DNA of 64,000 bases from a virus, in IMG/VR virus record IMGVR_UViG_3300042922_000827, positions 1 through 64,000 of that record; one strand, given 5' to 3'. The notes under the pieces were generated by a model. It saw only the letters and a list, made by a program, of their open reading frames with translations, was not told the origin of the DNA and did not search any database. Each line of letters begins with the position of its first letter. The first letter of the stretch is position 1. The position numbers and the translations under genes were made by a program. Shown one piece after another: positions 48,450 through 58,532 of this stretch.

Positions 48450-50726
48450 CTAATCATTTTCTTTTCCTAATGGCTTAACGTTATTATCATCCCACTCAAG
48501 TTTAATTTTATATCTTAGTCTTGCATCTTGAGCTTGTAATTTTTTCTTAAGAAGAAGAAGTTCTCTAAGACGTTTCATATCTTTATTATCTTCTGCTATA
48601 GCGATATATTTATCTACCATAGTAAGTTCAACGTCTAGTTCATCCAATACCAATTGACGCTCTTTGGTTCTTATTCTAGAATTCATTGCAAACCTGCCAA
48701 GAAGTAAAATAAGAGCAGCCGCAGGATGAATGAGCCAAGCAGCTCCAGCTGTAACGATAGCCATTTTAATAACTTTAGAAGCTTGAGGCAAAATGTCTCC
48801 ACGGATAACAGCCTCTCTATTTTCCATAGTCATAGCCTTTTCCACACTTCTAGAAACCATAGCACATGCAGAGTCTACGCTTCTAGACATTATTTTTTCT
48901 TTATCGGAAAGATTGCTTACAACTTTAGATAACTTTTGGACTGCTAATTTTAAATTACTTGTCAAACTTAATTCATTTATAGACTGAACGTATGAATTTA
49001 TAGAATTTGTATATTCATACAACTCATTTAGTTGAGAAAATAAATTTTCTTCGACTTCTGTATCTATGGAAAATATATTATCGAACGAATCAAAACTATT
49101 CATATTACTAATATCTTCCACATCGCTAGACATAAGTTTAGAAATATTTTCAGCATAACAATTAATCTTATTATAATTGATAATGCCATTTATTGAAGCT
49201 TGTTTATCTGCAAATTGCAATGCTTCTATAAACTTATCTTTACTTAACATATGTGGATATTTAACACAAAACTCTGTAAGAAAATCTACATCCTCTAACT
49301 GCATTTCTACAATATTATTACTAGAGAATAAAACTTTCTCATTTGCCTTTTGATCCCATTTGATAGAGCTTACAGCAGATTCGATAACCACTATATTGGT
49401 AGCTACAATTTTAGCATCTTCATCAAAGTTAATATTAAAGTTAAAATCTCCACCTTTATCAGGCTTTGTTTCCCAACTTTTCTTTTCATCATCTCCTCTA
49501 AGAGAATCAGAATATCCTTCCAATGAGTCGATGCTTTTATCCAACTGTTTTAGATATTCTTCCAATCTAGCTTTTTTCTTATTATCTTTACATTTATCTA
49601 TCTTCCTGGCTACTGAATCTCTATTCCTATACCATACTTTGAGTATATCTGTCATATACTTTCTTTCAGTTATAAAGTTTATTGTCTTTGCCACAATAGC
49701 AGCAAAGATTCCAGCATATACACTAATAGATATAGCGCCGACAACACATAAAAAATAAAAAGCTATAGATAAAAGATTCTTTGTACCATTTACTATATTA
49801 TTATCTTTATTAACTACTAAAATATTTATAAGCATTAATTTTAATGCTTCTGGTGTTTTGGATGGAAGTGTTTTGAATTTATCTATAATATCTTTTGTTT
49901 TATCTTTTAAAGAAGATTCTAATAGAGAATCTATTGTATTCTCTTCGACTGTTTCTACTATAGAACTTTGCAATCTTTCAATATAGCAAGCATCTTCATG
50001 TGTAAAGAATCTATTTTGTGCAGCAGTTTCTCCAAGAATATGTAATAGTTCTCTAGAAGAATCCTCTTCATTCATATGAGTGCTTAAAAAATAATCAGTT
50101 ACTGCTTCTAATATTGATGCCGAATTTGCCTTTACATTATTCTTATAAAAAGTAAATAATACTTCTTCTAATGCGATGCTATATTTAGAATTCACGCCCA
50201 TATTATATGTATCGATAAAAGAACAAAGTTCATGAATCGTATCATTAATATTATCACCATATGCATTCTCTCTCACATAAGAATCAATATTAAATCTTTT
50301 GGAAATCATTAAATGATTTTTTATAAGTCTATCGCAATGAATACTTTCATTTATTCTACCTAAAATAGACGCTAAACAAGATTTTCGTACATCATTAGAT
50401 TCTTTAATTTTTGTAGATATGACCGGTCTAAGCAGCGATGGATCATCTAATGAAAAAATAATATTCTCATTAATTCTGTCTGTAATAGTATCGAGCTGTT
50501 TGCTTGTTCCCTTAGATGAAACAATATCAAATAGCTCCAATACTTTATCTAGAGATTCCCCCATATTTTCAGAATACGATGCCCATCTTTCTACAGAATT
50601 TTTAATATTATCAAAATTATAATTTTCTTTATAAGATTGATATAAAGGATATGGTATAGACCCTCTAAATGGCTTTGTCCGATAGTATCGCTTGTTCAAA
50701 ACTAATGTAGAAATACTTTCCTTCAT
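48450..50726 (-). CDS. Large late protein with two hydrophobic segments, probable internal head protein
   Basis: 758 aa; LLES/VIES/INE sites; AACT TTATAT TA at 50755-50766. Confidence 0.5.
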   Translation of the reverse strand: MKESISTLVLNKRYYRTKPFRGSIPYPLYQSYKENYNFDNIKNSVERWASYSENMGESLDKVLELFDIVSSKGTSKQLDTITDRINENIIFSLDDPSLLRPVISTKIKESNDVRKSCLASILGRINESIHCDRLIKNHLMISKRFNIDSYVRENAYGDNINDTIHELCSFIDTYNMGVNSKYSIALEEVLFTFYKNNVKANSASILEAVTDYFLSTHMNEEDSSRELLHILGETAAQNRFFTHEDACYIERLQSSIVETVEENTIDSLLESSLKDKTKDIIDKFKTLPSKTPEALKLMLINILVVNKDNNIVNGTKNLLSIAFYFLCVVGAISISVYAGIFAAIVAKTINFITERKYMTDILKVWYRNRDSVARKIDKCKDNKKKARLEEYLKQLDKSIDSLEGYSDSLRGDDEKKSWETKPDKGGDFNFNINFDEDAKIVATNIVVIESAVSSIKWDQKANEKVLFSSNNIVEMQLEDVDFLTEFCVKYPHMLSKDKFIEALQFADKQASINGIINYNKINCYAENISKLMSSDVEDISNMNSFDSFDNIFSIDTEVEENLFSQLNELYEYTNSINSYVQSINELSLTSNLKLAVQKLSKVVSNLSDKEKIMSRSVDSACAMVSRSVEKAMTMENREAVIRGDILPQASKVIKMAIVTAGAAWLIHPAAALILLLGRFAMNSRIRTKERQLVLDELDVELTMVDKYIAIAEDNKDMKRLRELLLLKKKLQAQDARLRYKIKLEWDDNNVKPLGKEND

Positions 50727-50802
50727 TATACATCCTCTCCCTTTTAAATTCGTTTAATATAAAGTTTGATATTTCTTTATTCTATTATGTTAGATACAAA
50801 AA

Positions 50803-50830
50803 ATAAAGCATCTCATATGAGATGCTTTAT
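50803..50830. terminator. 28-bp perfect palindrome / terminator
   Basis: ATAAAGCATCTCATATGAGATGCTTTAT. Confidence 0.8.
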
Positions 50831-50879
50831 ATGTTTTTATTAGTCTTTGATTAAATTTATAGTTTTTGTTTCGCCATCA

Positions 50880-51923
50880 CTATCTAATATTTTCTTCATT
50901 TTCACTCCTCCTGGCGGCTATTAAATCTTCCCATGTTTTAGATTTAGAAGATGAATATATTTCTCGCATTTTTAATACAAGAGATTTTTCTTCCTCAGTT
51001 AAAATTACTTCTATCTTTTGGTCAAATGCTTGAGATATACGAGTAGAATCCGATGATTTATCAAACTTATAATTTTTAGATAAAACCTTTCCAGGTATTA
51101 TTTCTTGATCGAAATCATTTATAACTTTAAGACCAAATGGAACAACCCCATCAATAATAGACTGCAAATGTTCTTCTATAGCTTTGGTGCGACAATTCTC
51201 ACTATTTAGTATTTTTTTAGCTTCTTCTTGCAACCATTCCCAAACACTTTCAGGGATAGAAGTAAATCTATTTTCGAATTGAGGATATAAAAGATCGCCG
51301 AATTTGGTTATTTCGAATGGCTCTTGTAGCCCATTCCATCGTTTAACAAATTCTAAAGCAACTGATTTGCCTTGAGCTCCTGTCATACCTCCGGTACTTC
51401 TATCTATTGCATTGGCGGCAGCGATCGCTGCCGCCGTTGCCGCTTGGAGAATAGAGCCATATGTGCTATTCGCCAATTTATTACAAAAATCTGATAGTGT
51501 TTCTAATGTTTGTATTTTTGCATCTTTATACCATTCTTCTTGTAATTGTATTTTGCTATTAAAACCATATTTAAAAGCATTGAAGAATGGGTTTTGTTCT
51601 CCATTATCTCCATCTAATAATTCTAATGTAAATGATTCATCAATATTTTCTCTTCCAGCATATGGAGAAGTTTGATTTACGCGCACTACACGATCGCCAA
51701 TCTTTTCAATTTTTGCACCGATGTATATTTCCCCAAATCCTAGGTCGTAAGCCATCCTAATACCAACAAATTTATCTGTATCACGATCACTAAAAGTAAA
51801 AATATATTTTATTACTCTATTGGGCTTTCCATAAATGCTGATTGTTTTATCTTTGAGGGTTTGCAAAGACACGCAAACCCCACTCAAATTTGATTCTGTT
51901 AAAATAATTTGTTTATCAGTCAT
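50880..51923 (-). CDS. Hypothetical early protein
   Basis: Start MTDKQ after GGAGG. Confidence 0.6.
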   Translation of the reverse strand: MTDKQIILTESNLSGVCVSLQTLKDKTISIYGKPNRVIKYIFTFSDRDTDKFVGIRMAYDLGFGEIYIGAKIEKIGDRVVRVNQTSPYAGRENIDESFTLELLDGDNGEQNPFFNAFKYGFNSKIQLQEEWYKDAKIQTLETLSDFCNKLANSTYGSILQAATAAAIAAANAIDRSTGGMTGAQGKSVALEFVKRWNGLQEPFEITKFGDLLYPQFENRFTSIPESVWEWLQEEAKKILNSENCRTKAIEEHLQSIIDGVVPFGLKVINDFDQEIIPGKVLSKNYKFDKSSDSTRISQAFDQKIEVILTEEEKSLVLKMREIYSSSKSKTWEDLIAARRSENEENIR

Positions 51924-51939
51924 AATTTCTAACCTCCAT

Positions 51940-52170
51940 TTATTTTTTATTATTTTTTGCTTTAAAGCATTCTTTAGAAACACGCGTACATTTCTTAAGC
52001 GATGTTAATGGAACTGTTTTCTCAACAATACTATTGAATTTTATAGTAGCTGTATTATTAAAAACATACATAATGCAAACTTTCACTGGAGGTGGCGGCA
52101 CCGAAGACTTCTCGTCAGACCAATCGTATATTGCTATATCTCCAGGTAAAATATCATTAATTTTTTCCAT
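51940..52170 (-). CDS. Small hypothetical protein
   Basis: 76 aa, GAGGGG RBS. Confidence 0.55.
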   Translation of the reverse strand: MEKINDILPGDIAIYDWSDEKSSVPPPPVKVCIMYVFNNTATIKFNSIVEKTVPLTSLKKCTRVSKECFKAKNNKK

Positions 52171-52172
52171 TT

Positions 52173-52496
52173 TTAAATCCCCTCTATATTTATTTTACCT
52201 TTATTTATATACTCTTGCTGTTCTTTTAAAGACAGAAACATAGGTCTAAACCATGCTTGCGGGCAATTATCGTCTATATATTTTAGTGCAATAGGTCTTG
52301 CTGAAATTATAATAATCTGTAGCATCGGAGCCGAACCATAATCTTCTTTAGTATCTCCCCATCTTCCTTTCATTTCTTTCATTGATTCGTCTTCTACAAT
52401 TAATTTGACTACGTCTTCAATTTGATTTTCAAACATTCCATTCTTATGCAAATATTCTTTTAAGCCATCTAATAGAGTAGGTGATTTTTTATCCAT
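52173..52496 (-). CDS. Hypothetical protein
   Basis: 107 aa, GGGGG RBS. Confidence 0.6.
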   Translation of the reverse strand: MDKKSPTLLDGLKEYLHKNGMFENQIEDVVKLIVEDESMKEMKGRWGDTKEDYGSAPMLQIIIISARPIALKYIDDNCPQAWFRPMFLSLKEQQEYINKGKINIEGI

Positions 52497-52509
52497 TATA
52501 ACTTCCCCC

Positions 52510-52629
52510 TTATAAATTAAATTGCCAATTTTTCATCATTTCGATTTGTTCGCTAGTAAATGAGTCGATATTATTATCGCTCAAACATACTTCTAGCATT
52601 AATCTAACTAACTCTTCATTTTTATCCAT
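52510..52629 (-). CDS. 39-aa early protein (absent from ORF track)
   Basis: MDKNEELVRLMLEVCLSDNNIDSFTSEQIEMMKNWQFNL; GGGGG RBS; first gene after early promoter 52657-52670. Confidence 0.6.
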   Translation of the reverse strand: MDKNEELVRLMLEVCLSDNNIDSFTSEQIEMMKNWQFNL

Positions 52630-52683
52630 TATAAATCCCCCTTATTTATTCTCATTTATATAATATATAATCAAAAAGAAATA

Positions 52684-52719
52684 AATATGCAGTATAGCAA
52701 TTTTGCTATACTGCATATT
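52684..52719. terminator. Terminator hairpin
   Basis: AATATGCAGTATAGCAA-tt-TTGCTATACTGCATATT. Confidence 0.85.
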
Positions 52720-52721
52720 AT

Positions 52722-53144
52722 TCATTCACCAAAACATTCAGTGTATATTTCTCTACAACGTCTAATGTAAGTTTCTAAAGAGTCACTAAAATATTTACCT
52801 CTCTTTAGTGCCATAATATACTCTTCTAACGTTGTAACTTGATCGATTCCATTCTCAATGTAATACCCAAGATATCTTCCAAAATAATCCCCATATTCTT
52901 CAAATGTATTAAAATTCATATAGTAGTAAGGACCATCTGGTTGTGGCGTATCGTTTTCTTCTTCTTGAGTTAGACCTCCAAGATTATGATTTGATGCTTG
53001 AAGATCTGAAGTGAACAAACCGGTTTCGTGAGCAAATTGACAGTAAATCCATCTCCAGCTTATATTACATAAACCTTTCTTTTTAGACGCAGATTCTGCT
53101 GCAATACATGCGATACCAGCGAAATATTCGTTAATAGTTTCCAT
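52722..53144 (-). CDS. Glucosaminidase-like (GH73) peptidoglycan hydrolase
   Basis: QFAHETG...HNLGGL...YMNFNTFEE...YF pattern. Confidence 0.7.
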   Translation of the reverse strand: METINEYFAGIACIAAESASKKKGLCNISWRWIYCQFAHETGLFTSDLQASNHNLGGLTQEEENDTPQPDGPYYYMNFNTFEEYGDYFGRYLGYYIENGIDQVTTLEEYIMALKRGKYFSDSLETYIRRCREIYTECFGE

Positions 53145-53216
53145 ATTTATTCACCTACTTTAATATATTAAGGTGGACCACCACCTTATATTAAAGTTAT
53201 AAAAAATAAAGGAGAA

Positions 53217-53909
53217 TCACTCTCCTTTATTTTTCTTTAATTTAGAATCTAGTTTAATTATTAGATCTGCAAGTATATCTGTAAAAATTTGAGTATATTG
53301 ATTTGACATAGTTTTTATAACAGAATAATCCTTTACAGATATATCGGCACCTAAGTCTATTATAAGCTTTGTTAATTCATCATCGCATTCCGACTCACAA
53401 AGATATACTACTCTTTCAATCAAATATTGTCTCTTACTTTGAATAAAATAATTCACATCTATTATTTTATTTTCAAGTAAAAATCTTATACTTTGTATAT
53501 CCCTACCAGATCCAAAACCGGTTTCTAATAATTTTACAATTTTTTCTTTTGGAAGTCCCGCATTTCTTTCTTGTACTAAGTAAGTTGCTATATCCATTTT
53601 ACCATTGCGTATAGCATGATATAGCATTAATTCTTTTGTTATAGGAGTTTTATTAAGTCGATCTATGAACTTATAGTCTACAAATTTCTTAAAGAAATCT
53701 AAAGTGCAATTATTACTAATCATAGCTTCTACAAGACCTCTAGAGTCAGAGACATGTTTGATAACTGTCTCTACATCATCTAGCCTATTAGCATTCAAAA
53801 AAACAGCTATGGTATTATAAAATGTATAAATATTTTCTCCACTAATACTAAGCTTATTTACTAATATTTTTTTCAATATAATTTCACAATCTTCTGTTTG
53901 TGTAAACAT
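53217..53909 (-). CDS. Ankyrin-like repeat protein
   Basis: LYHAIRNGKMDIATYLV; LTKLIIDLGADIS. Confidence 0.6.
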   Translation of the reverse strand: MFTQTEDCEIILKKILVNKLSISGENIYTFYNTIAVFLNANRLDDVETVIKHVSDSRGLVEAMISNNCTLDFFKKFVDYKFIDRLNKTPITKELMLYHAIRNGKMDIATYLVQERNAGLPKEKIVKLLETGFGSGRDIQSIRFLLENKIIDVNYFIQSKRQYLIERVVYLCESECDDELTKLIIDLGADISVKDYSVIKTMSNQYTQIFTDILADLIIKLDSKLKKNKGE

Positions 53910-53928
53910 AGCTAGAGCTCCTTTATTT

Positions 53929-54249
53929 TTATTTGAATCCTATGATTGTGTCATTTAATTTAAGTTCAGTTAACCTCTCAAAAGATGTAGTATTGATAAT
54001 AACATCTGCGTTCCAAATAGAAATTCCACGTTCAGTTTTAGATTTAACAAAGAAATTTTTATCTATATAGACATCACCTTCTTTAGTTAATAGCATTCTA
54101 TCTCCATCTATAAATTTGACTCCGAAATCTCTGCCTTCTTCCCAGTAGATATATCTTACTTTGGATTTAGCACCATCTACGGTAACAAATTCAAATTCTT
54201 TTAAAATAGTTTCACAAGACCAAAAATACAAAGCAGCTTCAATTTCCAT
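53929..54249 (-). CDS. Paralog family member (B-type)
   Basis: MEIEAALYF...LTKEGDV...WNADVIINTTS.ER, close to 54701-55051. Confidence 0.7.
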   Translation of the reverse strand: MEIEAALYFWSCETILKEFEFVTVDGAKSKVRYIYWEEGRDFGVKFIDGDRMLLTKEGDVYIDKNFFVKSKTERGISIWNADVIINTTSFERLTELKLNDTIIGFK

Positions 54250-54250
54250 T

Positions 54251-54598
54251 TTAATTCCTCCTAAAATCTCTATTTACTACATCTAAGAATATAGTTGTTT
54301 CAATAGTACTTTGATTTTGTAAAAAATTCATTAATGCTTCCATAGAATGAGCATTAATAATCATATAACCATTCCACAAATCTCCGTCCACTTTATGCCA
54401 GTATATCATACTATCAGTGTATATATTTTGCGCGTATTCTAATCTTATACCTGCGTCAAAATATAAGCTCAATTCATCATCCCAATCTTCTCCATCTAAA
54501 TGAATACCCCTACTTGAATTTATATTTTCATTTTTAGAGATAGTAAAAGCATTATACCAAAATTGATTTCTAGTTATAAAGTTGCATTCAATTTCCAT
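54251..54598 (-). CDS. Paralog family member (A-type)
   Basis: MEIEC...LYF...IYTD...WNGYMIINAHSME; early promoter 54638-54649. Confidence 0.7.
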   Translation of the reverse strand: MEIECNFITRNQFWYNAFTISKNENINSSRGIHLDGEDWDDELSLYFDAGIRLEYAQNIYTDSMIYWHKVDGDLWNGYMIINAHSMEALMNFLQNQSTIETTIFLDVVNRDFRRN

Positions 54599-54700
54599 TT
54601 TAATTTCCCCCTAATATATTTTATTTATTCTCATATTTATAATATATAACTAAGTATTGCTTAAAATACAAAAAAGAAAAGGTAAGCATTATGCTTACCT

Positions 54701-55051
54701 TTATATTTTATTAGGAATTCCATCTATCTTATTAATAGTAATAGCTACTGATTTATTCAGAATGGCACGTACTATTCTTTCTATAGATGGTGTATTAATA
54801 ACAACATCAGCACTCCATTTAAAATTTCCTTGACTGGCTTCTGGTTTTACAATAAACGGTTGATCGACGTTTACATCGCCTTCTTTTGTTAAATGTAACA
54901 AATCCCCTTTTGTAAAGACAAAAGCGAATTCGGATTCCTTTTTATGGTCTTTATATATCATTCTAGGCTTATCACCATTTGGTGTGACAAAGTCAAATTC
55001 ATTAAAAATATCCTTATCTGATTTAAAATACAATGTGGCTTCAACTTTCAT
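54701..55051 (-). CDS. Paralog family member (B-type)
   Basis: MKVEATLYF...LTKEGDV...WSADVVINTPSIER. Confidence 0.7.
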   Translation of the reverse strand: MKVEATLYFKSDKDIFNEFDFVTPNGDKPRMIYKDHKKESEFAFVFTKGDLLHLTKEGDVNVDQPFIVKPEASQGNFKWSADVVINTPSIERIVRAILNKSVAITINKIDGIPNKI

Positions 55052-55076
55052 TTCAATACACTCCCAAATTATTCAA

Positions 55077-55421
55077 TTAAACTAATTCTAATTTCTTGAT
55101 AATGACATTTGAAATCCCATGCTGAGTTGATATAAACTCGTGCAATTCTTCTATTGATGGAGTGCTAACACTGAGAGTTCCGATCCATTGTTCGCTTTGT
55201 TCATCATAAAAGAATTGAATTGGAGTGTCGCAATAGATAGTATCTGTTAGTGCTAATCTACTAGTACTACTGAAGTAAACATTATAAATCTTTTCATTGG
55301 CATTCGCACTGAAGTGGAGCCCGTCAGATGTAGAAAGAATGGCACCATTGACATTCTTAACTGGATATACATCGAATAGTAAAGATGGTTGCGGTGTTTT
55401 AACGTGGCATAAAATATTCAT
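55077..55421 (-). CDS. Paralog family member (A-type)
   Basis: MNILC...VYF...IYCD...WIGTLSVSTPSIEE; early promoter 55465-55476. Confidence 0.7.
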   Translation of the reverse strand: MNILCHVKTPQPSLLFDVYPVKNVNGAILSTSDGLHFSANANEKIYNVYFSSTSRLALTDTIYCDTPIQFFYDEQSEQWIGTLSVSTPSIEELHEFISTQHGISNVIIKKLELV

Positions 55422-55553
55422 AATTAAATTCCTCCTTATGATGCAATCTATTATTGCTCATATTTATAATATATAACTCAAAAAAATAAAGAGAAGAGCA
55501 TTGCTCTTCTCTTTTATAACTTCATTATTATGATATATGCTTAAAAATTATAA

Positions 55554-57188
55554 TTAAAATACTGGCTTTGTCAATCTCTTCTCATCTTCTGGTAAAACCA
55601 TAGTTAGATTATATATGGATTGCATACCTTCATTGGTAGTTTCCATAATATTTTGTCCACCAAGAGATATATAATGAGCCTTAGAATTTAGCTGTTTTTT
55701 AAGTTCCTCGTTTGCTTCTATACTAAAAACAGACTTACAGCTTACTTGGTCGCCATCATAATCCCCACCTATAGAACCTAAATAAGCATTACATATTTGA
55801 GCAGTATCAATAAATAGATTACTAGTATTCTTCCCAATATCTTCTTGTCTAATTTTAGGATAATGAGAATAGAAACAATTATTGATAACCATTGGTTCTG
55901 TTAGTTTTGTAGAGCTTACTCTTATTTTTGTTGGAAATTGATTATAGTAACTATCTATAGGATATCTAGTGATAAGAACTGTTTTATCTTTAGTAACCTC
56001 TACAGCAGCTATATAAATAAGATCACACCAGGTTAAATCTCTATCCATTATAGGAAACTTAAGAATATCATTTCCATCTTTGTATTGCTTATCTGTAATT
56101 CCTCTACCTTTGAAACGTAGAGAAACCTTTTTCTTTTCATCTTCCAATGGAAGCAAAATTGGACGGAATCTATTTGAATATCCGTGCATAAATCTATCCA
56201 GCTCTTCTTTTAATACTGTATCAGAAAAAGCTATTTGGTAATCTTTCATTTTATATTGTTTTACTGTTCCATCTAAAGTAGTTACTGTTCTTATAGGATC
56301 GTTTGCAAATTCGTTTTCAAAGAATCTTCTTAAATAGAATATAATATACGGGAAAAAGTTAGCTACTATAGATGCTAATGGTACCGCTGTGTGGTCAAGA
56401 TCTGTGAGCATATCTTCCATATGCTCAACTTTAAGGTTAGGTGCAGATAGTACCAAGCGAGATGAATAATCTGTTGTTTTACTAAGATTAGATCTTCTAA
56501 GTATACCTCTCTTGCCTGGTATATTAGGTTCTGATGTAAACCAATCGTATATACTAGCCAAAATTTCTTGGATTCTTCCTCTTACAGAATTTGCAAGAGT
56601 CAATCCATATTCAGAAGATTCTTTTAAAGATCTAGTTGCAATAATAAGAGAGTTATATAATTTGTTTACATCTCCTATACCAACATATCCACCATCACTG
56701 TTAATATCTCTATAATATGCCGGAATAACGATCATGTTTTCTATAAAGATATAATCTTTATACTCTTTTAGGAAATTAATATTAGTATCTCTCCGAGAAG
56801 ATCCAGTTGATTTGATTTTAATTTTGTCTATATTCTTTTTTAAGAACGACAAACCGGTCTCCCCATCTTCATCTTCTACCAATTCTCCAGAAGAATTTAT
56901 CTTGAAATAACTAGTACCATAAACACATGCTTTAATCTTATTATCCATCTTAGACCACACTTTATAAAACAATGGGTGCATAAATGGATCTTTTCCTAAA
57001 GATATATATGCAAACGTATTTGCCCTATCGTCTTTAGATATACCAAAGATCTCATTAGACAATAATCCATCTGTGGTAGGTGAATTATTCTTAGAAAAAA
57101 AGATAGGATTTGTTATTTCTGAAAGTTTATTTACTTTAATAAAATTATTTATTTTTAACGGTTTTATTGATAAATATCGCTGAGCCAT
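55554..57188 (-). CDS. RNA polymerase beta' N-terminal/catalytic subunit (probably virion RNAP)
   Basis: DGLLSNEIFG, VIPAYYRD, GKRGILR, DYSSRLV, ITRYP, catalytic GGDYDGD; late promoter AACA TTGAGA TA 57208-57219. Confidence 0.9.
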   Translation of the reverse strand: MAQRYLSIKPLKINNFIKVNKLSEITNPIFFSKNNSPTTDGLLSNEIFGISKDDRANTFAYISLGKDPFMHPLFYKVWSKMDNKIKACVYGTSYFKINSSGELVEDEDGETGLSFLKKNIDKIKIKSTGSSRRDTNINFLKEYKDYIFIENMIVIPAYYRDINSDGGYVGIGDVNKLYNSLIIATRSLKESSEYGLTLANSVRGRIQEILASIYDWFTSEPNIPGKRGILRRSNLSKTTDYSSRLVLSAPNLKVEHMEDMLTDLDHTAVPLASIVANFFPYIIFYLRRFFENEFANDPIRTVTTLDGTVKQYKMKDYQIAFSDTVLKEELDRFMHGYSNRFRPILLPLEDEKKKVSLRFKGRGITDKQYKDGNDILKFPIMDRDLTWCDLIYIAAVEVTKDKTVLITRYPIDSYYNQFPTKIRVSSTKLTEPMVINNCFYSHYPKIRQEDIGKNTSNLFIDTAQICNAYLGSIGGDYDGDQVSCKSVFSIEANEELKKQLNSKAHYISLGGQNIMETTNEGMQSIYNLTMVLPEDEKRLTKPVF

Positions 57189-57247
57189 TTGTATCTCTCC
57201 TTTCAATTATCTCAATGTTTGATAACCAAAAGAATAAAGGGTATGGC

Positions 57248-57565
57248 TTAAGCCATACCCTTCTTATCTATAAGTCGTATAATTATATTATTATCATTGC
57301 ATATCGTAACCCCAACAACAAATTTATGTGCGAAGAAATCGACTCTAATGTTATTATACAACGATTCCATATATGATATATCGCAATTTTTACTTGGACG
57401 TAGCAGGTAAAAACACCCATCTTCATCTTCTTTCAGATCTATATTAATATCACTGAAATTTGTAGATAATAGACTATGCAGTACCAGATGCTCGTCGAAA
57501 TATTTATACATTTCTTTTTCTTGATCTTTATGTTTTACTAATTGCGAAAACTGTTCTAGATCCAT
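57248..57565 (-). CDS. Hypothetical protein
   Basis: 105 aa; stop lies inside palindrome 57237-57262. Confidence 0.55.
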   Translation of the reverse strand: MDLEQFSQLVKHKDQEKEMYKYFDEHLVLHSLLSTNFSDINIDLKEDEDGCFYLLRPSKNCDISYMESLYNNIRVDFFAHKFVVGVTICNDNNIIIRLIDKKGMA

Positions 57566-57710
57566 TTTACATTACACCCCCATCATAGCATCTGCTACAA
57601 TTTTTAATATAATTGCTATATTTCATTTTAGAGATTATTACACCACTATCACGTCTATAACATAATAAGTTATATTTTAAATATTATAACTATTAAATAA
57701 TAAAAATGGG

Positions 57711-58532
57711 GTGATGCAAATGGGTAAAATTAATTTAATTGGACAAATATTTGGTTACTGGAAAGTATTAGACTTTGACGTAGTTTCTATTGGAACAACA
57801 CATCCAAAATGGATATGTCTATGTACAAATTGTGGTAAAACCAAATCGGTTTATTCTCATAAACTAAGAAGTGGCGAATCTACCAGTTGTGGTTGTACAT
57901 CAAGAAGAAAAAATATTGATGGTCAAACTTTTGGTAATTGGAAAGTTATTGGCTACGACGATGAAGAACAACAGAGAATCATTCAGTGTGTAAAATGTGG
58001 AGAAATAAGGAAAACGACTACGTATAGACTATTGCACAAATCAGATACTATCTTTTGCAATTCGTGTAAATATTATAGAAATACTAGATGGCACGGATGT
58101 AGTGCGTTATATCCATCAGAATTCTCAACATATAGATCTATGATTAGTCGATGCTATAATAAGAATGATGTAAATTATCCTTACTATGGAGGACGATCCA
58201 TATTTGTTTGTGATGAGTGGATAGAATCATTCGAAATATTTGTCAAAGATATGGGACTAAGACCAGAAGGTAAGACTTTAGACAGAAAAGATTTCAATGG
58301 AAATTACGAACCCGATAATTGTAGATGGGCAGATTGGAAAGTACAAGCCAATAATAGGTCAAATAATGTATATGAGACTATTAATGATATAACTTTAACC
58401 AAATCGCAATGGATAAACCTAATTGATATCAGTAGAAATGTAATTGAATATAGAATGCGCAAACAAAATATGAATTTTGAGGAAGCTTTATTTAAAGATA
58501 GTCTAATAAATATAGTCGAACGGATTAAATAA
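57711..58532 (+). CDS. Free-standing HNH-type homing endonuclease
   Basis: Two G..FG.WKV/CxxC modules plus YGGRSI.VCDEW...TLDR.D.NGNYEP.NCRW. Confidence 0.85.
   Translation: MMQMGKINLIGQIFGYWKVLDFDVVSIGTTHPKWICLCTNCGKTKSVYSHKLRSGESTSCGCTSRRKNIDGQTFGNWKVIGYDDEEQQRIIQCVKCGEIRKTTTYRLLHKSDTIFCNSCKYYRNTRWHGCSALYPSEFSTYRSMISRCYNKNDVNYPYYGGRSIFVCDEWIESFEIFVKDMGLRPEGKTLDRKDFNGNYEPDNCRWADWKVQANNRSNNVYETINDITLTKSQWINLIDISRNVIEYRMRKQNMNFEEALFKDSLINIVERIK

Noticed and set aside
57568-57627. 19-codon minus-strand ORF MKYSNYIKNCSRCYDGGVM
   Set aside because: No RBS and too short to support; its end simply contains the RBS of the next gene
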